64,000 nucleotides of DNA from Octopus sinensis. Lineage: Eukaryota. The stretch is from the NCBI RefSeq assembly GCF_006345805.1, contig NC_043005.1:85994001-86058000 (forward strand). Reading direction: 5' to 3'. The notes beneath the pieces were generated by a model. It had not been told where the DNA came from. It worked only from the letters and a program-made list of their open reading frames with translations, and did not search any database. Below are positions 27,255 to 40,619 of the stretch, in pieces (the stretch's first letter is position 1; each line of letters starts with the position of its first letter). The translations under genes were made by a program, and so were the position numbers.

Positions 27255-27510
27255 ACGTGGTTCTCAGTCAGCGACCATGTGACTCTAGGGGGTTCATTTG
27301 AGATTTTGTTGTTAAAATCTATGGCCAACAAATTCGTTATACTTGTACAATGCACAAAATATTTTAACTCCTTTTTAATACATCTTCGAATATTTAATTT
27401 TAAAAACACAACGGCATTCTTGTTATATACATTGAACGGCTACAAGGATCCATCGGAGTAAAATAGGTCTGGAAGGGGTCGGTAGGCAAAAATTGTTTGC
27501 GAACCATAGA
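27255..27510. mobile_element. possible hAT/Charlie-like MITE
   Basis: Termini gtggttctca... and ...tgcgaaccata are imperfect inverted repeats; no convincing TSD. Confidence 0.35.
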
Positions 27511-28789
27511 TTTGATGTTTCTTCAGCAACACATGACATTGATTTACAATTTACAGCAGTTTGTCTAGCTTCAGTCTTCAAGGCCGTAATGTCTCTAAAT
27601 TTATCGCATTTATTGATACTAACCTGGGGAATTACAACCGTGTTTCGTGGTCTGCTACCACAAAAGCTCCTTTATAGGATCCAGTTAGCTCAAGACATCA
27701 TCAGGTGGAACCACGCGACGCTCCCCCCCTTTCAGAGGTGTCTTCAGCTCTGGTGTTGGGTGCATGTCTTCTTTCTTCTTCTTTCTTCTGTTTCCTGGCC
27801 TCTTCGATGTATCGTCAGCGAGTGTCAGCCTGTGACTGACTGACTTGTCAAACGTCTCCTTTAAATACCTGCTGCAAGGCTCCAGCAGCAGCCCCAGCAA
27901 GTTGTCACGTGACACTGTCTTACCTTAACTGACTAGTGAAGGCGCGTAGTTTTAGCCCGCGCATTCTCTAAACGACCGTCACCTGTCAGCCAGCGAAGCT
28001 GAGCCAGTGTCAGCTTGTATCACCTACTGATGTTATTTCCCGCGGGCATGTTATGACTTTCAAGCCATTTTTGGTCATCCCGCTTCAGCCATATATAGAA
28101 GCTGGCTTTTTCGACCGGTTTTTGACCATACTAGATTTCGACCGATATATTACCCATTACTAGATTCGTTCCTCAGTAATTTTTTTTTTATTCTAATGAT
28201 AAATTCAGTGTAAATTTGACTGGTAAACATGTATATAGCTATTCTATATACTGCAATGTGTTAATTTGCTCATTATAAATGCTTAAATATCATAAATGGC
28301 ATGCGAGCTCTATTAAGATCGCAATTGTTTTCTTATAAATTTTCCTAAAAACAGTTTAAATTAATGACAGTGTGTAAAAATATGCAGAATAAATACAGAA
28401 AATGAAATAAAGTTCAAATATTTTTGCAGGGTCAATAGCGACAGATGAACATGATAATTAACTCATATTAATCTTTAAAATCAATTAATTATGTATTGAA
28501 ATAACTGCTATTATATTTTCAATTTAATCTCATTAATAATATTTACATAAGCAATTTTACTAAACTGAGCAATGGTATATAACTTCATAATTTACATATT
28601 ATTAGTAGTAGACGGGTTTCATAGATAGTAGACGGCATTGTAAATGATTTGCAATATGCAGTTACGAGTGATTTTCTTCTTCAAATAACGTCTACGTACA
28701 GAGTAAATTGTTTTATTGACTATCAATATATTTGATCTCGGGTATATATTAGATGCCATTATTAGTAAAGGCGAACACGTTTGAGCTGG

Positions 28790-29220
28790 TGTTATTGCTA
28801 CCATCCGAACAAAATCTTTAGCGGTATTTCGTCAATCACTGCATTCTGAGTTCAAATTACGCCAAGGTCGATTTTATTTTTTCCCCTTAGATCGATAAAA
28901 TGAGTACCGGGTTAACAATGGGGTCGCTGTAATCGATTACCATCCTTCCCCAAAATTTCAGGAGTGTGCATATAGCAGAAGGGATATTTACTGACATATT
29001 TGATGCGGCGAGCTGGTAGAATCGTTAGCACTCCGGACGAAATGCTTGGTGGCATTTCGTTCGGCTTTGCGTTCTGAATTCAAATTCTGCGAAGGTCACT
29101 TTTGCCTTTCATCTTTTCGAGGTCGATAAAATAAGTACCAGTTGTACTTTGAGGATGGTACAATCGACTCCTCTCCTTCCACCGAAAATGCTGGCCTTGT
29201 ACCAAAATTTGACACCAATA
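28790..29220 (+). mobile_element. two adjacent SINE family A copies
   Basis: ctgagttcaaattacgccaaggtcga (28845-28870) and gcggcgagctggtagaatcgttagc head (from about 29005). Confidence 0.8.
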
Positions 29221-29229
29221 CTTAAAAAT

Positions 29230-29815
29230 TCTTTCTACTAGTAGGACAAGGCCTCAAATTTGTGGGAAGGGATTAAGTCGCTCACATCGACCATCCTTCC
29301 AGTGTATAACTGGTACTTATTTAATCGATCTCGAAAGGATGAAAAGCAAAGTCAACCTCGACGGTATTTGGAGTCAGAACGTAGTCCGAGACGAAATACC
29401 TATTTCTTTACTACCCACAAGGGGATAGATACAGAGAACAAACAAGGATAGAAAAACGGATTAAGTCGATTATATCGACCCCAGTGCGCAACTGGTACTT
29501 ATTTAATCGACCCCGAAAGGATAAAAGTCAAAGTCGACCTCGGCGGAATTTAAGCTCAGAACACAAAGACAGACAAAATACCTATTTCTTTACTACCCAC
29601 AAGTGGCTAAACATAGAGAGGACAAACAAGGAGAGACAAACGGATAAGTCCATTACATCGACCCCAGTGCGTAACTGGTACTTATTTAATCGACCCCGAA
29701 AGGATGAAAGGCAAAGAAGACCTCGGCTGAATTTGAACTCAGAAGGCAGCAGCGGACGAAATACTACAAGGCATTTCGCCCGGCGTGCTAACGTGTCTGC
29801 CAGCTCGCCGCCTTA
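29230..29815 (-). mobile_element. SINE family A trimer
   Basis: One head (29583-29815) plus two headless units joined at gaaatacc|tatttcttta (29400/29401 and 29582/29583). Confidence 0.88.
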
Positions 29816-29834
29816 ATAATAATAATAATAATGA

Positions 29835-29915
<81 letters not shown>

Positions 29916-30309
29916 TAATAATAATGTCGAGGCGTTGGTAGTATTATCAGCAAACTGGACTAAATGCTTAGCGGTGTTTCATCCGTCTTTACATTCTAAC
30001 ATCAAATTCAGCCGATGTTGATTTTGCCTGTCATCAATTCGGGGTCGATAAAAAAAGTACCAGTAATTTACTGATGTTGACTTAATCGACTTACCCCCAC
30101 CCCCGGAATTGCCTGCCTTGTGTCTAAACTCAGAACTAATGTTTCATAATGTCTACCTGCCTATGTCACCAGTCAATACGGTTAGCCGTTAAAGCCGAAT
30201 CCAAAACAAAGCCTCTATTGTCTGTTCCGCTAATTTTCGATAACATCATATATTTTTTTAATATCATTTCCTCGCATTCATATCAACCTGATTGAATTAC
30301 AACGATTCC

Positions 30310-30351
<42 letters not shown>

Positions 30352-30539
30352 GTTTGTAATATCTGTCGCCTGATAAGCGATAGCACATAGGTATATCAAA
30401 GCTCTAACATAAACGATAAAAAAGAAAGAGAGGGTGAATGTCTCATTACTTTACATATCTAACACGTAAAATATACACTTCCAACACAAACAATAATGAC
30501 AATTCTCTCTCTCTCTCTCTTTCTCACTCACACACTATC

Positions 30540-30689
30540 TATCTATGAATCAATCTGTCTCTCTCTATCTATCTATCTATCTATCTGTCTGTCTATCTAT
30601 GTATCTGTTGGTCTGTCTATCTGTATGTCCGTCTCTCTATCTCCATAGGTTTATCTGTCTGCCTATCTATCTATCTATCTATCTATCTG

Positions 30690-30737
<48 letters not shown>

Positions 30738-30760
30738 CCTATCTATCTGTCCATCTATAT
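30540..30760. repeat. (TATC)n tetranucleotide tract
   Basis: Direct inspection. Confidence 0.95.
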
Positions 30761-31115
30761 ACCTATATATTTTTCCGAAGCCAATTAACACGTGAATTAT
30801 TTCCATTGTATATCGCATTTAAGACAAGTAGGTATTGTAATACTCAAATACAGTTAGTTAAAATTCAACCCCGATGTTTTTTACTTTCCAGAAAGGGGTG
30901 GAATTAAATTGCGATTTTCATTAATATTTTGATAACGAAATAAATCTTGCAAACTAACGTGTGACTAATTATGTCGTCCATTAGCGTTTAGAATTCATAT
31001 CACAATTGGTGGGGAAAACTGAAAACACTAGACAGAATAAAGAAGAGGTTCCTACGCAGTTACTCTACTGCCAAATATAAATGGAGAAGATAGCAAAATA
31101 TCTCTTAAATATAAC

Positions 31116-31348
31116 TATTTCTTTATTGCCCACAAGGGTCTAAACACAGAGGGGAGAAACAAGGACAGACAAACGGTTTAAGCCGATTATATCGACCCCA
31201 GTGCGTAACTGGTACTTATTTAATCGACCCCGAAAGGATGAATGGTAAAGTCGACCTCGGCGGAATTTGAACTGAGAACGTAGCGGCAGACGAAATACGG
31301 CTACGCATTTCGTCCGGCGTGCTTACGATCCTGCCAGCTCGCCGCCCT
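31116..31348 (-). mobile_element. SINE family A, full length
   Basis: Complete head-core-tail match to the other A copies. Confidence 0.9.
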
Positions 31349-32690
31349 AAATATATCATACATGCGATACCGTCTTGAAAGCGGAGTGCTTGGTGTAATG
31401 CAGTTATACCTACAGGTTGCGACGGCCATGGATTGAAATACTATAGGTCACGTGGTTTGCTGATTCATGGCAGAGAAGAGCAAAATGTGCTAATTCAGGA
31501 AAACACGTGAACGCTGATATCCCCGAAAATAAACGAAGCAGGGGAACACTGATAAATTGTATTATTCTCTAGTTGACTAACACATGCAGGGTGTATTAGA
31601 CATTAGGTAGAACTTACAAATTTACAAACCTCATATAATTCTCTGGCTGCATTCTTCTACTCAGATATATAACAACCCCCGTTTATCTTGAAAATTATTA
31701 GTAAACACTGCATTCCCCATTCAGCAGGAAATTGGTGTGTATATTATCTTCCTCTTTTTGTAAACTTTATCTCATTCCCCCTATTTCTCCCACAGACTCA
31801 GATACATATATCCATTTCGTTTTTTCTTTCTTTTTTTCTTAACTATGATTTTACACATAACCCTGGCAGCAGAATATATTTATATGATTTCCTCATGCAT
31901 TTAAACCCGATTTCTATTGGCAATTCAGGTACCGGAAATATATTTATACTATATTCGACATGAATATTTCCAGAAATATATGTAAAAAAAAATAATAAAC
32001 TGACAGACATACAAACAACCAAAAGCAAACATACAAAAATCAAAGTGCCAAAACCATCAAGAAGAAGAAAATATTCTGATTTCCTTCAAGTTTACTTGAA
32101 GTATATCACGAGAAAGTATAATTCAATTTTAGTTCTCCAAGTTGTATCAGATACCAGCTTTTATTCTAAACAATATTTATAATGCTTCCAGCTATAGAAT
32201 ATAGTGCAAAACCGTCTCAGGAAGATCTTCTTCTTCTTCAGATATCATGCTGCAGCCGTTCCTCGCCATATGTTCAAGTCACACAGTTATTTGGGAAAGT
32301 ATCAAACACATTTCAATTTTGTTTACTGTGTAAGATAAGATTCGGGGATTCTGTTTAGCCGTGTAATTCTATAGCAGTAATTTGCGTCTGCTTTCACCGC
32401 GGGTCATTTTATAAACCGTTACGTAAATGGAGAGGACGCATGTTATATAATACTGCGCATGTAGGATGTGTAATCTCACACAAATACATACATAAAGGGA
32501 GACACATGCGCAGAGACACGCACACACACTCACGCAGAATAGCATACATTAAGTATGTGTGTGTGTTGGTGTGAGTGTGTATGTGTTTTTGTGTAAACAT
32601 ATAAATCTATATCTATCTATACAAGCAAACACACATACATACACACGCACACATATATAGATATATACATACATGAATGCATATGTTTAC

Positions 32691-32745
<55 letters not shown>

Positions 32746-33584
32746 CGTGTGTGTGCGTGTGTGTACGTGTGTGTGCGTGTGTGTATGTGTGTAGTTTATT
32801 TCGCTCACACGCACGCACATATATGTATATATATATTACATAAATGGATTTAAACAGAGAATATGTCTGTGAATCTTTGCAGATTTTCTGTACGTATGTG
32901 CATCACTGTTTAACAATCGACATCAGAAATCTACGACAATCATAGTCTTATGAATGGCAATTGAATCACCAGTAAAAAAAAATTCCTGCTATATTAAAGA
33001 TAACGAACAATGAAAGCAATTAAAGACGATAATCGAACTTCGATATCAGCAAGTACATACCGTCAATATATTCAATGGCATCCAGAGACTTACACAACTT
33101 CAGGCCAATGGTTCTAGTTCATCACAACCGACCAAGTTCTATTTTATTCAGTGAGAATTCAACAAAAATCACATGAGAAATTTATTACTAATCAAGCGTA
33201 ATTGCTATATGTGCGATAAAATCATTCTCTGCCCTTTCATCTCGATAAAGCAAGAAATTATCTGATATGGTATTTGATACACGCCCTTTATATTCGTACC
33301 TCTACAGGTTTTCCTATAGAAATTAAAGTTAGCGCTGCTAACACGAAGTAGGTCAAATAATTTACTTATAATCCTTTGATGTGCTTGAGAGTGTATTATA
33401 AAACGAAATGATGTGTTCCTTCCAGCAATTAATTGGTATAGTTCTGTTCGTATATGTTGTTCAAACTGCACTTCTGATTAATTATTTTTGTTTAAATTAT
33501 ACGCACACACGCACATAAACACAGCCTCACCACCGTGCACAAACGAACGCACATACACGAATGCACAAACACACAATATGTATA

Positions 33585-33638
<54 letters not shown>

Positions 33639-33639
33639 A

Positions 33640-34205
33640 CGAATATAAACAAGAAGGGTAGAAATATTAGTTACTACCAGGTGCCCAGCACAAAAGACGA
33701 ATCAGTCATAAGACAAAAATATTATTCGTATAGAAAAATATTATTCATGTAGTAATACAATTAAAGGCCCCTAAATTAGGATGCCGAGTGCTGAGGACAC
33801 AAAAAGAAGATGAACTTATCGAGAGTGAAAATCAAAAACATTTACCGATAACTTTACACCTCGGACCGATCAGTTTCTGCCTCTTTCTAGCAAAACACAA
33901 AATATGTTTGCTAAGGCTGGCTTTATCAACGAGTCGCCTAAATTGAATCGAGGTCTGCAGCGATGTGAGAAATGCGTCGATCTCGACTACTAGCAGATCT
34001 TAACTTTTCAAATCTCTGCGCAGACGCAAAATCTACACGGCAGTATAGGGCATGCCGGGAAGAATTTTACGAATAAATTCATCATGTAAATATGCGAATA
34101 TAAACAAGAAGGGTAGAAATATTAGTTACTACCAGGTGCCCAGCACAAAAGACGAATCAGTCATAAGACAAAAATATTATTCGTATAGAAAAATATTATT
34201 CATGT
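33640..34205. repeat. 455-bp unit with identical 111-bp terminal direct repeat
   Basis: 33640-33750 equals 34095-34205; homologous to 62797-63299. Confidence 0.85.
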
Positions 34206-34619
34206 TTTGAAAAGGCTGGAGTCAACAAGAAGGGGTACGGTTGGACATTTATTTTTTAATCACTACGATTGTTCTCCAGGTGTCCAGTCGTACTCCATCT
34301 TGTTGATTCCAATTGTTTGAAATATCTATTCACACATGACAGATGCCCAAGCGCAAAACTGAAAGCACGGGGCGAAATCTGAAGGTCGACGAGCTTTATT
34401 CGGTACTCTACTACGTTCTTGACAGAACATACCATAACTACACACACACACACACACACGCACACACATATGTGTGTATGTATATGTATATAATATTGTA
34501 AAAACAATTATTTATACATGAACGAGGTGACCTTTGACAGGACATCTTACATGCTAGAAAGGACAGTCACATCCCAAACCACGAATAAAAGTAATTTTGG
34601 AAAGAATGAAAGTAAAAAA

Positions 34620-34845
34620 GACAATTTCTGTGACCACATCACTCCTAACATCTGGCCCCCTATCTCTCCAACTACAACCCCTTTATTATTAAGTGTGGGC
34701 TACCGTTGAGTGAGAGACCAACAAAACTCCTTGTAACACCAAAGATGAACTGAAGGCAAGGATTACGGCAGCATTTACCAATTTAAACAAGGAGACCGTC
34801 CAGAAGTCCTGTGGAGGCCGTGGTTCAAGTCAATGGTGATTTGAA
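34620..34845 (+). mobile_element. Tc1/mariner-superfamily transposase C-terminal relic
   Basis: NFCDHITPNIWPP...VWATVERETNKTPCNTKDELKARITAAFTNLNKETVQK with frameshifts (WPPxSPDLNP-type motif). Confidence 0.7.
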
Positions 34846-34880
34846 GGAGTGAATTTCCTCTTTAATATTTGAAGATATTT

Positions 34881-35113
34881 ATTATTTTTTTTACTGCCCA
34901 CAAGGGGCTAAACATAGAGGGGACAATCAAGGACAGACAAAGGGATTAAGTCGATTACATCGGCCCAGTGCGTAACTGGTACTTAATTTATTGACTACGA
35001 AAGGATGAAAGGCAAAGCCGACCTCGGCGGAATGTGAACTCAGAACGTAACGGCAGACGAAATACTGCTAAGCATTTCGCCCGGCCAGCTAACGTTTCTG
35101 CCAGCTCGCCGCC
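34881..35113 (-). mobile_element. SINE family A with perfect 19-bp TSD
   Basis: ttaatatttgaagatattt at 34862-34880 and 35114-35132. Confidence 0.92.
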
Positions 35114-35225
35114 TTAATATTTGAAGATATTTCTCTGTAACTTTGGGAAATATATCTGTAAAAATGAGATGTCAATGTTATGTTAATTTTTGAGTGATTT
35201 AGACGACAGTTTATACAATGCACTC

Positions 35226-35267
<42 letters not shown>

Positions 35268-35308
35268 TGAGAACGTTGGTATGTGAAAGCACGTTGGATG
35301 TATAATAA

Positions 35309-36013
35309 ATAGAAAAGAGTGAAAAAACTACAAAAGGCTTGTTTTATGAGGTTAAAAAATATATTTAAGACGTTATCTTAGAAAAATGTTATAAAATTTT
35401 GTATATAGTAACAGTTTTTGGAGAAATTAACTGTTTCGTCTTTTACTTTTCAAATTTCTCAAATGTCTTTACCTACATCGTGTCATGTCTCGGTTATGAA
35501 GTGCAAAGAAGAGTTCCAAGCAGGAGGAGGTAATAAGCGATGTCTTCCGCTATAAGGGAGATAATCGCTTATTTTTAATGTACCACAATTTTTAATCTTT
35601 CCATTCTATCAATGTGCTATTGGAACACCAATACAAATTAGATTAAACAAGGAAACATTCTTCATTGAAAAATATAAGCCTGAACTTAACACTCCAAACA
35701 TTCTTATACAGAGAAACTCATCTCATTAAAAAAAGGGGGAAAGAAATATAAAGCGATTATCTCCCTTATACCGGAGGAAATCGCTTATTACCTCCCCCTG
35801 CCTGGAACTCCTCTTTGCGCTTCGAAACGAAGATATGACACGATGTAGATAAAGACATTTGAGAAATTTGAAAAGTTAAAACGAAACCGGTAATTTCTCC
35901 GAAAATTATGTTACTATATGCAAAATTTTATAACATTTTTCCAACATAACGACTTAAATATATTCTTTAACCTTATAAAATAAGCCTTTTGTAGTTTTTT
36001 AACTCTTTTCTAT
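35309..36013 (+). mobile_element. Penelope-like element: GIY-YIG C-terminal stub between ~260-bp inverted repeats
   Basis: Arms 35309-35570 and 35751-36013 are reverse complements; 35583-35729 reads PQFLIFPFYQ...RLNKETFFIEKYKPELN...*. Confidence 0.75.
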
Positions 36014-36058
36014 ATATATATATATACATATATATATACATGTACATATATATATATC

Positions 36059-36112
<54 letters not shown>

Positions 36113-36118
36113 TATATC

Positions 36119-36149
<31 letters not shown>

Positions 36150-36382
36150 TTGTGTGTATGTATATACATACATATATACATGCACAAACACACATATATA
36201 TATGCGTATGTGTGTTTGTGCTTCTGTGTGTCGAGAACATATACAGTGTCACTGGACTATACGCAATCATGAAATGATTAACTTATTTCACTGACCGAAA
36301 CCATTTAAAGAGTAGAATATCTGCTATTTTTTAAGCATTTTGTATACACACACACAGGCAGACAGGCAGACAGACACACACA

Positions 36383-36419
<37 letters not shown>

Positions 36420-36938
36420 ACACACACACACACACGAGGAATCTTGAGGCAGATACATATATATTTACATATATAAATGCCTAAAAATTCCTTCTCAGAA
36501 ACCTGTCGCATCCTTTGCACCCATTTATGCCAACGATGTTGAAAACAAGCAGGCATACAAGATTATCTAAGATAGTTTTATGCCATTTCATTTTGCATTC
36601 ATATTTCCCATGAAGAAATCTTAGAATTTATTATAGACTGGCCTTCATATTTCCTGATTTTGCGTTGCGAAACGCGAACATATTGTGTTGATGACGCAGG
36701 AAAATCAATAGTATTCTTATTAATTGAAATCGAAATATTTCTCTGCATTCTTTATTTTATATGCAGGTGTGTATGTGTGTATACATGATACACCTATAGA
36801 GATTCCGTCTGAGACTGATATAGACATATGCAAAGATGGCATATATATATAATACAAAAATTACAGTTATTATAGTTGTGTGCCTTTGAGTATGTATGTG
36901 TATAAACACACACACACACACACGCACACACATGCATA

Positions 36939-37270
36939 TTGGGTCATCCCATAACAAATACGATTATTTTGGACTAATTTCATTTTTCAAAATTAAGATA
37001 AAGAATGTTAATTTTTAATCTAAAATGTACTCTCCTTCATTTTCTACAATGCTCTTCCATCTATCTGGTAGGCTTGCAAGGCCCCTTTTCTAAAATTTAC
37101 TTGTCCGTGATGAAAAATACTCCTCTTGTACTGTATTGACCTTGTTTACAGAATTCATATTTTTTCCTTCGAAATGATTTTGAAGAGTGCGAAATAAATG
37201 ATAATCAGATGGACCGGCGAATATGGTGGGTGGGGCACCGTTTCCCACTCAAACTTGTCTAGCCTTTGGC
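36939..37270 (-). mobile_element. mariner 3' end with TIR
   Basis: FEWETVPHPPYSP...SDYHLFRTLQNHFEGK...LPDRWKSIVENEGEYILD* (stop 37015-37017); TIR ttgggtcatcccataa after TA at 36937-36938. Confidence 0.9.
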
Positions 37271-38447
37271 TTTTTTAGATGAACGACTTTTCCTCAAGTG
37301 TACACTTCCACATGCGAAACATGGGTTTATTTCCTGAATTTTGTCTTGTTTTTAGAAACACTTTATCTCTATTCTGACTATTTTGCACTTGTTTTACTGG
37401 GAAACAATTTTTACGTTCAATTTCCTCTGTGTCGTGTCTTAATTTTTCTATCCATTCACATTCTTCTGACACTTGCTTTAGGGTTACATCCTGGTTTTCG
37501 TCCAGCTTTGCGAGAATTCTAGTTCTAACTTCTGCGTTCTTTTCGGCAATAAGCCCCTGTGTAAAAATCAGGCATTTGAACATATCTGGCATTAATTATT
37601 CCAGTTTAAACTTCTCGCATTTCCTGTTTATCTACCAGCACATGTGATGAAGCCCTTGTCGTTGTTTTTCTCTATGTTCAGACACTTCCAACGTGTATGG
37701 AACAAAGAGCCTTTTACACTGAAAATTTTAAACAATATATCTACTGTGTCATTAAATTTCATGCCCGGAAGTTCTCTTGGGAGTACATAATTGCTGTAAC
37801 AGCTCATGTTCTGCTGCCGCCAGTTTTCTTAAGATTAAGCGCGTTTTCTTCTCGTCGTCCCAATTTTTATATTCTTTCTCGAAGATTTGCTAATATATTC
37901 TGTACTATGTTTCGAAGGTAACTACTTCGCCCGGTTTGTATTTGAACTCTTAAGGAGTTCACGAGAATAGTTTTTCTTAATTTCCTCTTGACTCCAATAC
38001 TTGCATCAATTCTTACTCTAATATTATTTGCTGTCGTTGTTGCTTCTGTTGCATACTTGCTGTTGCATCTGCTGCTGTTGTTCTTTCGTAAAATTCGTAC
38101 ACCAACTTTGTGAGTTTATAAACTCCGCTTCGAGTTTATATTAACTCCACGTGAATTGCTTTATCCTCGACGAGGTTATCAATTTCTCATGAGTTGCTTA
38201 AATCCTAGTCGACTTTATTAATTCGTCGTGAGTTGTTTAAATCTTCATCACCACTATTATAGCTCTCGTCGCCACTGTTGAAATCATTCAGCATAAAATA
38301 TACTTAGTAAAACCAGTAAAGACACGACTATCTCTGACCGCCTATACGTACTCTCTCGTACTGTCTCGTACTCTGCTATTTATAACGACTACTTCATACT
38401 TCTTGTCAAGTGGGAGGGGTGTACTATTATTACTAATCCCCCCAACA
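37270..38447 (-). mobile_element. Gypsy-type LTR retrotransposon 5' portion: 172-bp LTR, PBS and decayed gag
   Basis: LTR tgttg...caaca at 38447-38276 with internal TATAAATA; PBS tggcgacgag at 38274-38265; gag-like WDDEKKTRLILRKL, SLFHTRWKCLN, FKCLIFTQGL...RTRILAKLD and CFACGSVH. Confidence 0.85.
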
Positions 38448-39060
38448 ATATGTTGTTTATGTACGTATGTATACATCTGCATGACACTTTTACATATAAG
38501 CATTTATCGCCACCTATTTTATAATTTAATACGTGTGTACATTATTAACGAAGATAGTATCAAAGTCGTATCTTGTGAATATATTACTATTCCGTTTATA
38601 TGTACAAAATAATTCACATAAATCATTGTGTACAATAGGTGCGGTCCACTTGAAAGAGCAGGTGTTTTGTAGCGACATAAACTTGATAAATATTTTGATA
38701 ACCTATTTTTTTTTAGTGTTTTGTTTCATTGTCAAAGATATTCCATTATCTGTTGAAAAATTACATATAATGGGAATAAAAACGTTGTTGTGTACGAAGT
38801 TATATAGCTATGCATATGTTTCCAATATTCCCAATGATTCACCTGAATACTGTGCTTTTACTAAGCTGCACTTTGCATGTTAGTCACTAATACGTTGTCT
38901 TTCAAAGTAAAACAGAATATATATATAAGCTTTGTTATATAATCACGTGGTTTATATACTATTTTTGCAGATATTATTTTGAAATAATATGTTAAATTTC
39001 AGAAACTAAAAAGGATTATTTTGGTTTTTACAATTCTATGGAGAATTTAAAATTATACTT

Positions 39061-39278
39061 TTCTTTTCTACTCTAGGCACAAGGCCCGGACTTTTGGGGG
39101 AGGGATCCAGTCGATTAGATTGACCCCAGTACGCAACTGGTACTTAATTTATCGATCCCGAAAGGATGAAAGCCAAAGTCGACCTCGGCGGAATTTGAAC
39201 TCAGAACTTAAAAACAGACGAAATACCGCAAATTATTTAACCCGGCGTTGCTAACGTTTCTGCCAGCTCACCGCCTTA
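39061..39278 (-). mobile_element. SINE family A, alternative tail
   Basis: Full head and core; tail ...ggccttgtgcctagagtagaaaag. Confidence 0.88.
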
Positions 39279-39377
39279 CAATTTTGAATTATTGCATTAT
39301 CATATACATTTGTTCGCTTTTTTCTACTAACCACTCCATTGTCATATGTTTGAAAATAGTTGAAATTTATTCAAATA

Positions 39378-39703
39378 GAGCTGGCGTGGCTGCGTGGTAA
39401 GAAGTTTGCTTTCCTGGCACATGGTTCCAGGTTCAGTTTCACTGCGTGGGACCATGGGCAAGTTACGTCTACTATAGCCATGGGCCGACCAAAGCCTTAA
39501 GACTTATTCTTTGTAAGTCTAGTACTTATGCTATCGGTCACTTTTGCCGATCCGCTAATTTACGGGGACGTAAACACACCAGCATCGGTTGTCAAGTGGG
39601 ATAAACAGAGACGTACAAACACACACACACACACACACACAGATACGGACAAACACGCACACACACACACAGATACCTACAAACACGCACACACACACAC
39701 ACT

Positions 39704-39751
<48 letters not shown>

Positions 39752-39890
39752 CGACGGGCTTCTTTCAGTATTTCGTCTACCAAATCCCCTCACAAGGCTT
39801 TGGTCGGCCCGAGGCTATAGTAGAAGACACTTACCCCAGGTGCCACGGTGGTTGATAAGCAAGCTACTTACCACACAGCCACTCCTTACA
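39378..39890. mobile_element. SINE family B head (+, 39378-39498) fused to an oppositely oriented B copy (-, 39500-39890)
   Basis: ggcgtggctgcgtggtaagaag...ggccgaccaaagcc, then tail, (CA)n/(TA)n and head in reverse orientation. Confidence 0.8.
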
Positions 39891-40253
39891 ATTCTTATAG
39901 TCGTGGTTATGATGGCAAGGATGATACACAAGATACGGGCGATGCTGAAGAACTTGTGAATTTTATGTAAATCGTTGGTTTATTTCTTGTCTAATCATTT
40001 GTCGACACTGCGTTCCATTCCGTTTACCTGCCATCACAAATTAACGATTTCCATTATAAATAATTATAGACTAAAACGGGTTGAATTCAATTTACATTTG
40101 TATATGACAGCATCGATACTAAATCACAATTAGATATGTACGTGTGTGTGTGTGTGTGTATGTGTGTGTGTGTGTGTGCGTGTGTGCGCACAAAGTTTGA
40201 TTATAATAATCACATCTTCAGATTTTTTGTATAACAACAACAACAACAACAAC

Positions 40254-40312
<59 letters not shown>

Positions 40313-40334
40313 TAATAACATAATAATGATTATA

Positions 40335-40430
40335 ATAATAGGGGCTGCAATAAGGGTGGAGCACTTGCAGAAAACAGCACTGCTTGGAACCAGTCGAATA
40401 CTCCAGAAGGTACTCGAAAAATAAGAGGTG
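40335..40430 (+). mobile_element. R4/Dong-type extreme 3' end inside (AAT)n
   Basis: IRVEHLQKTALLGTSRILQKVLEK*. Confidence 0.75.
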
Positions 40431-40569
40431 TTACATTAGTTCACTGATAATGAACTGCTGCCACTGTAGTACATATCCAGCGTTAGAAGTTATGTGAAGG
40501 CAATAAATAATAATGATGATGATGATGATAATAATAATAATAATAATAGTAATAATAATAATAGTAGTA

Positions 40570-40619
<50 letters not shown>

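Noticed and set aside
29230-29815. Regularly spaced ~180-bp repeats, superficially array-like (CRISPR or satellite)
   Set aside because: The units are SINE bodies with no unique spacers, in a eukaryotic context.
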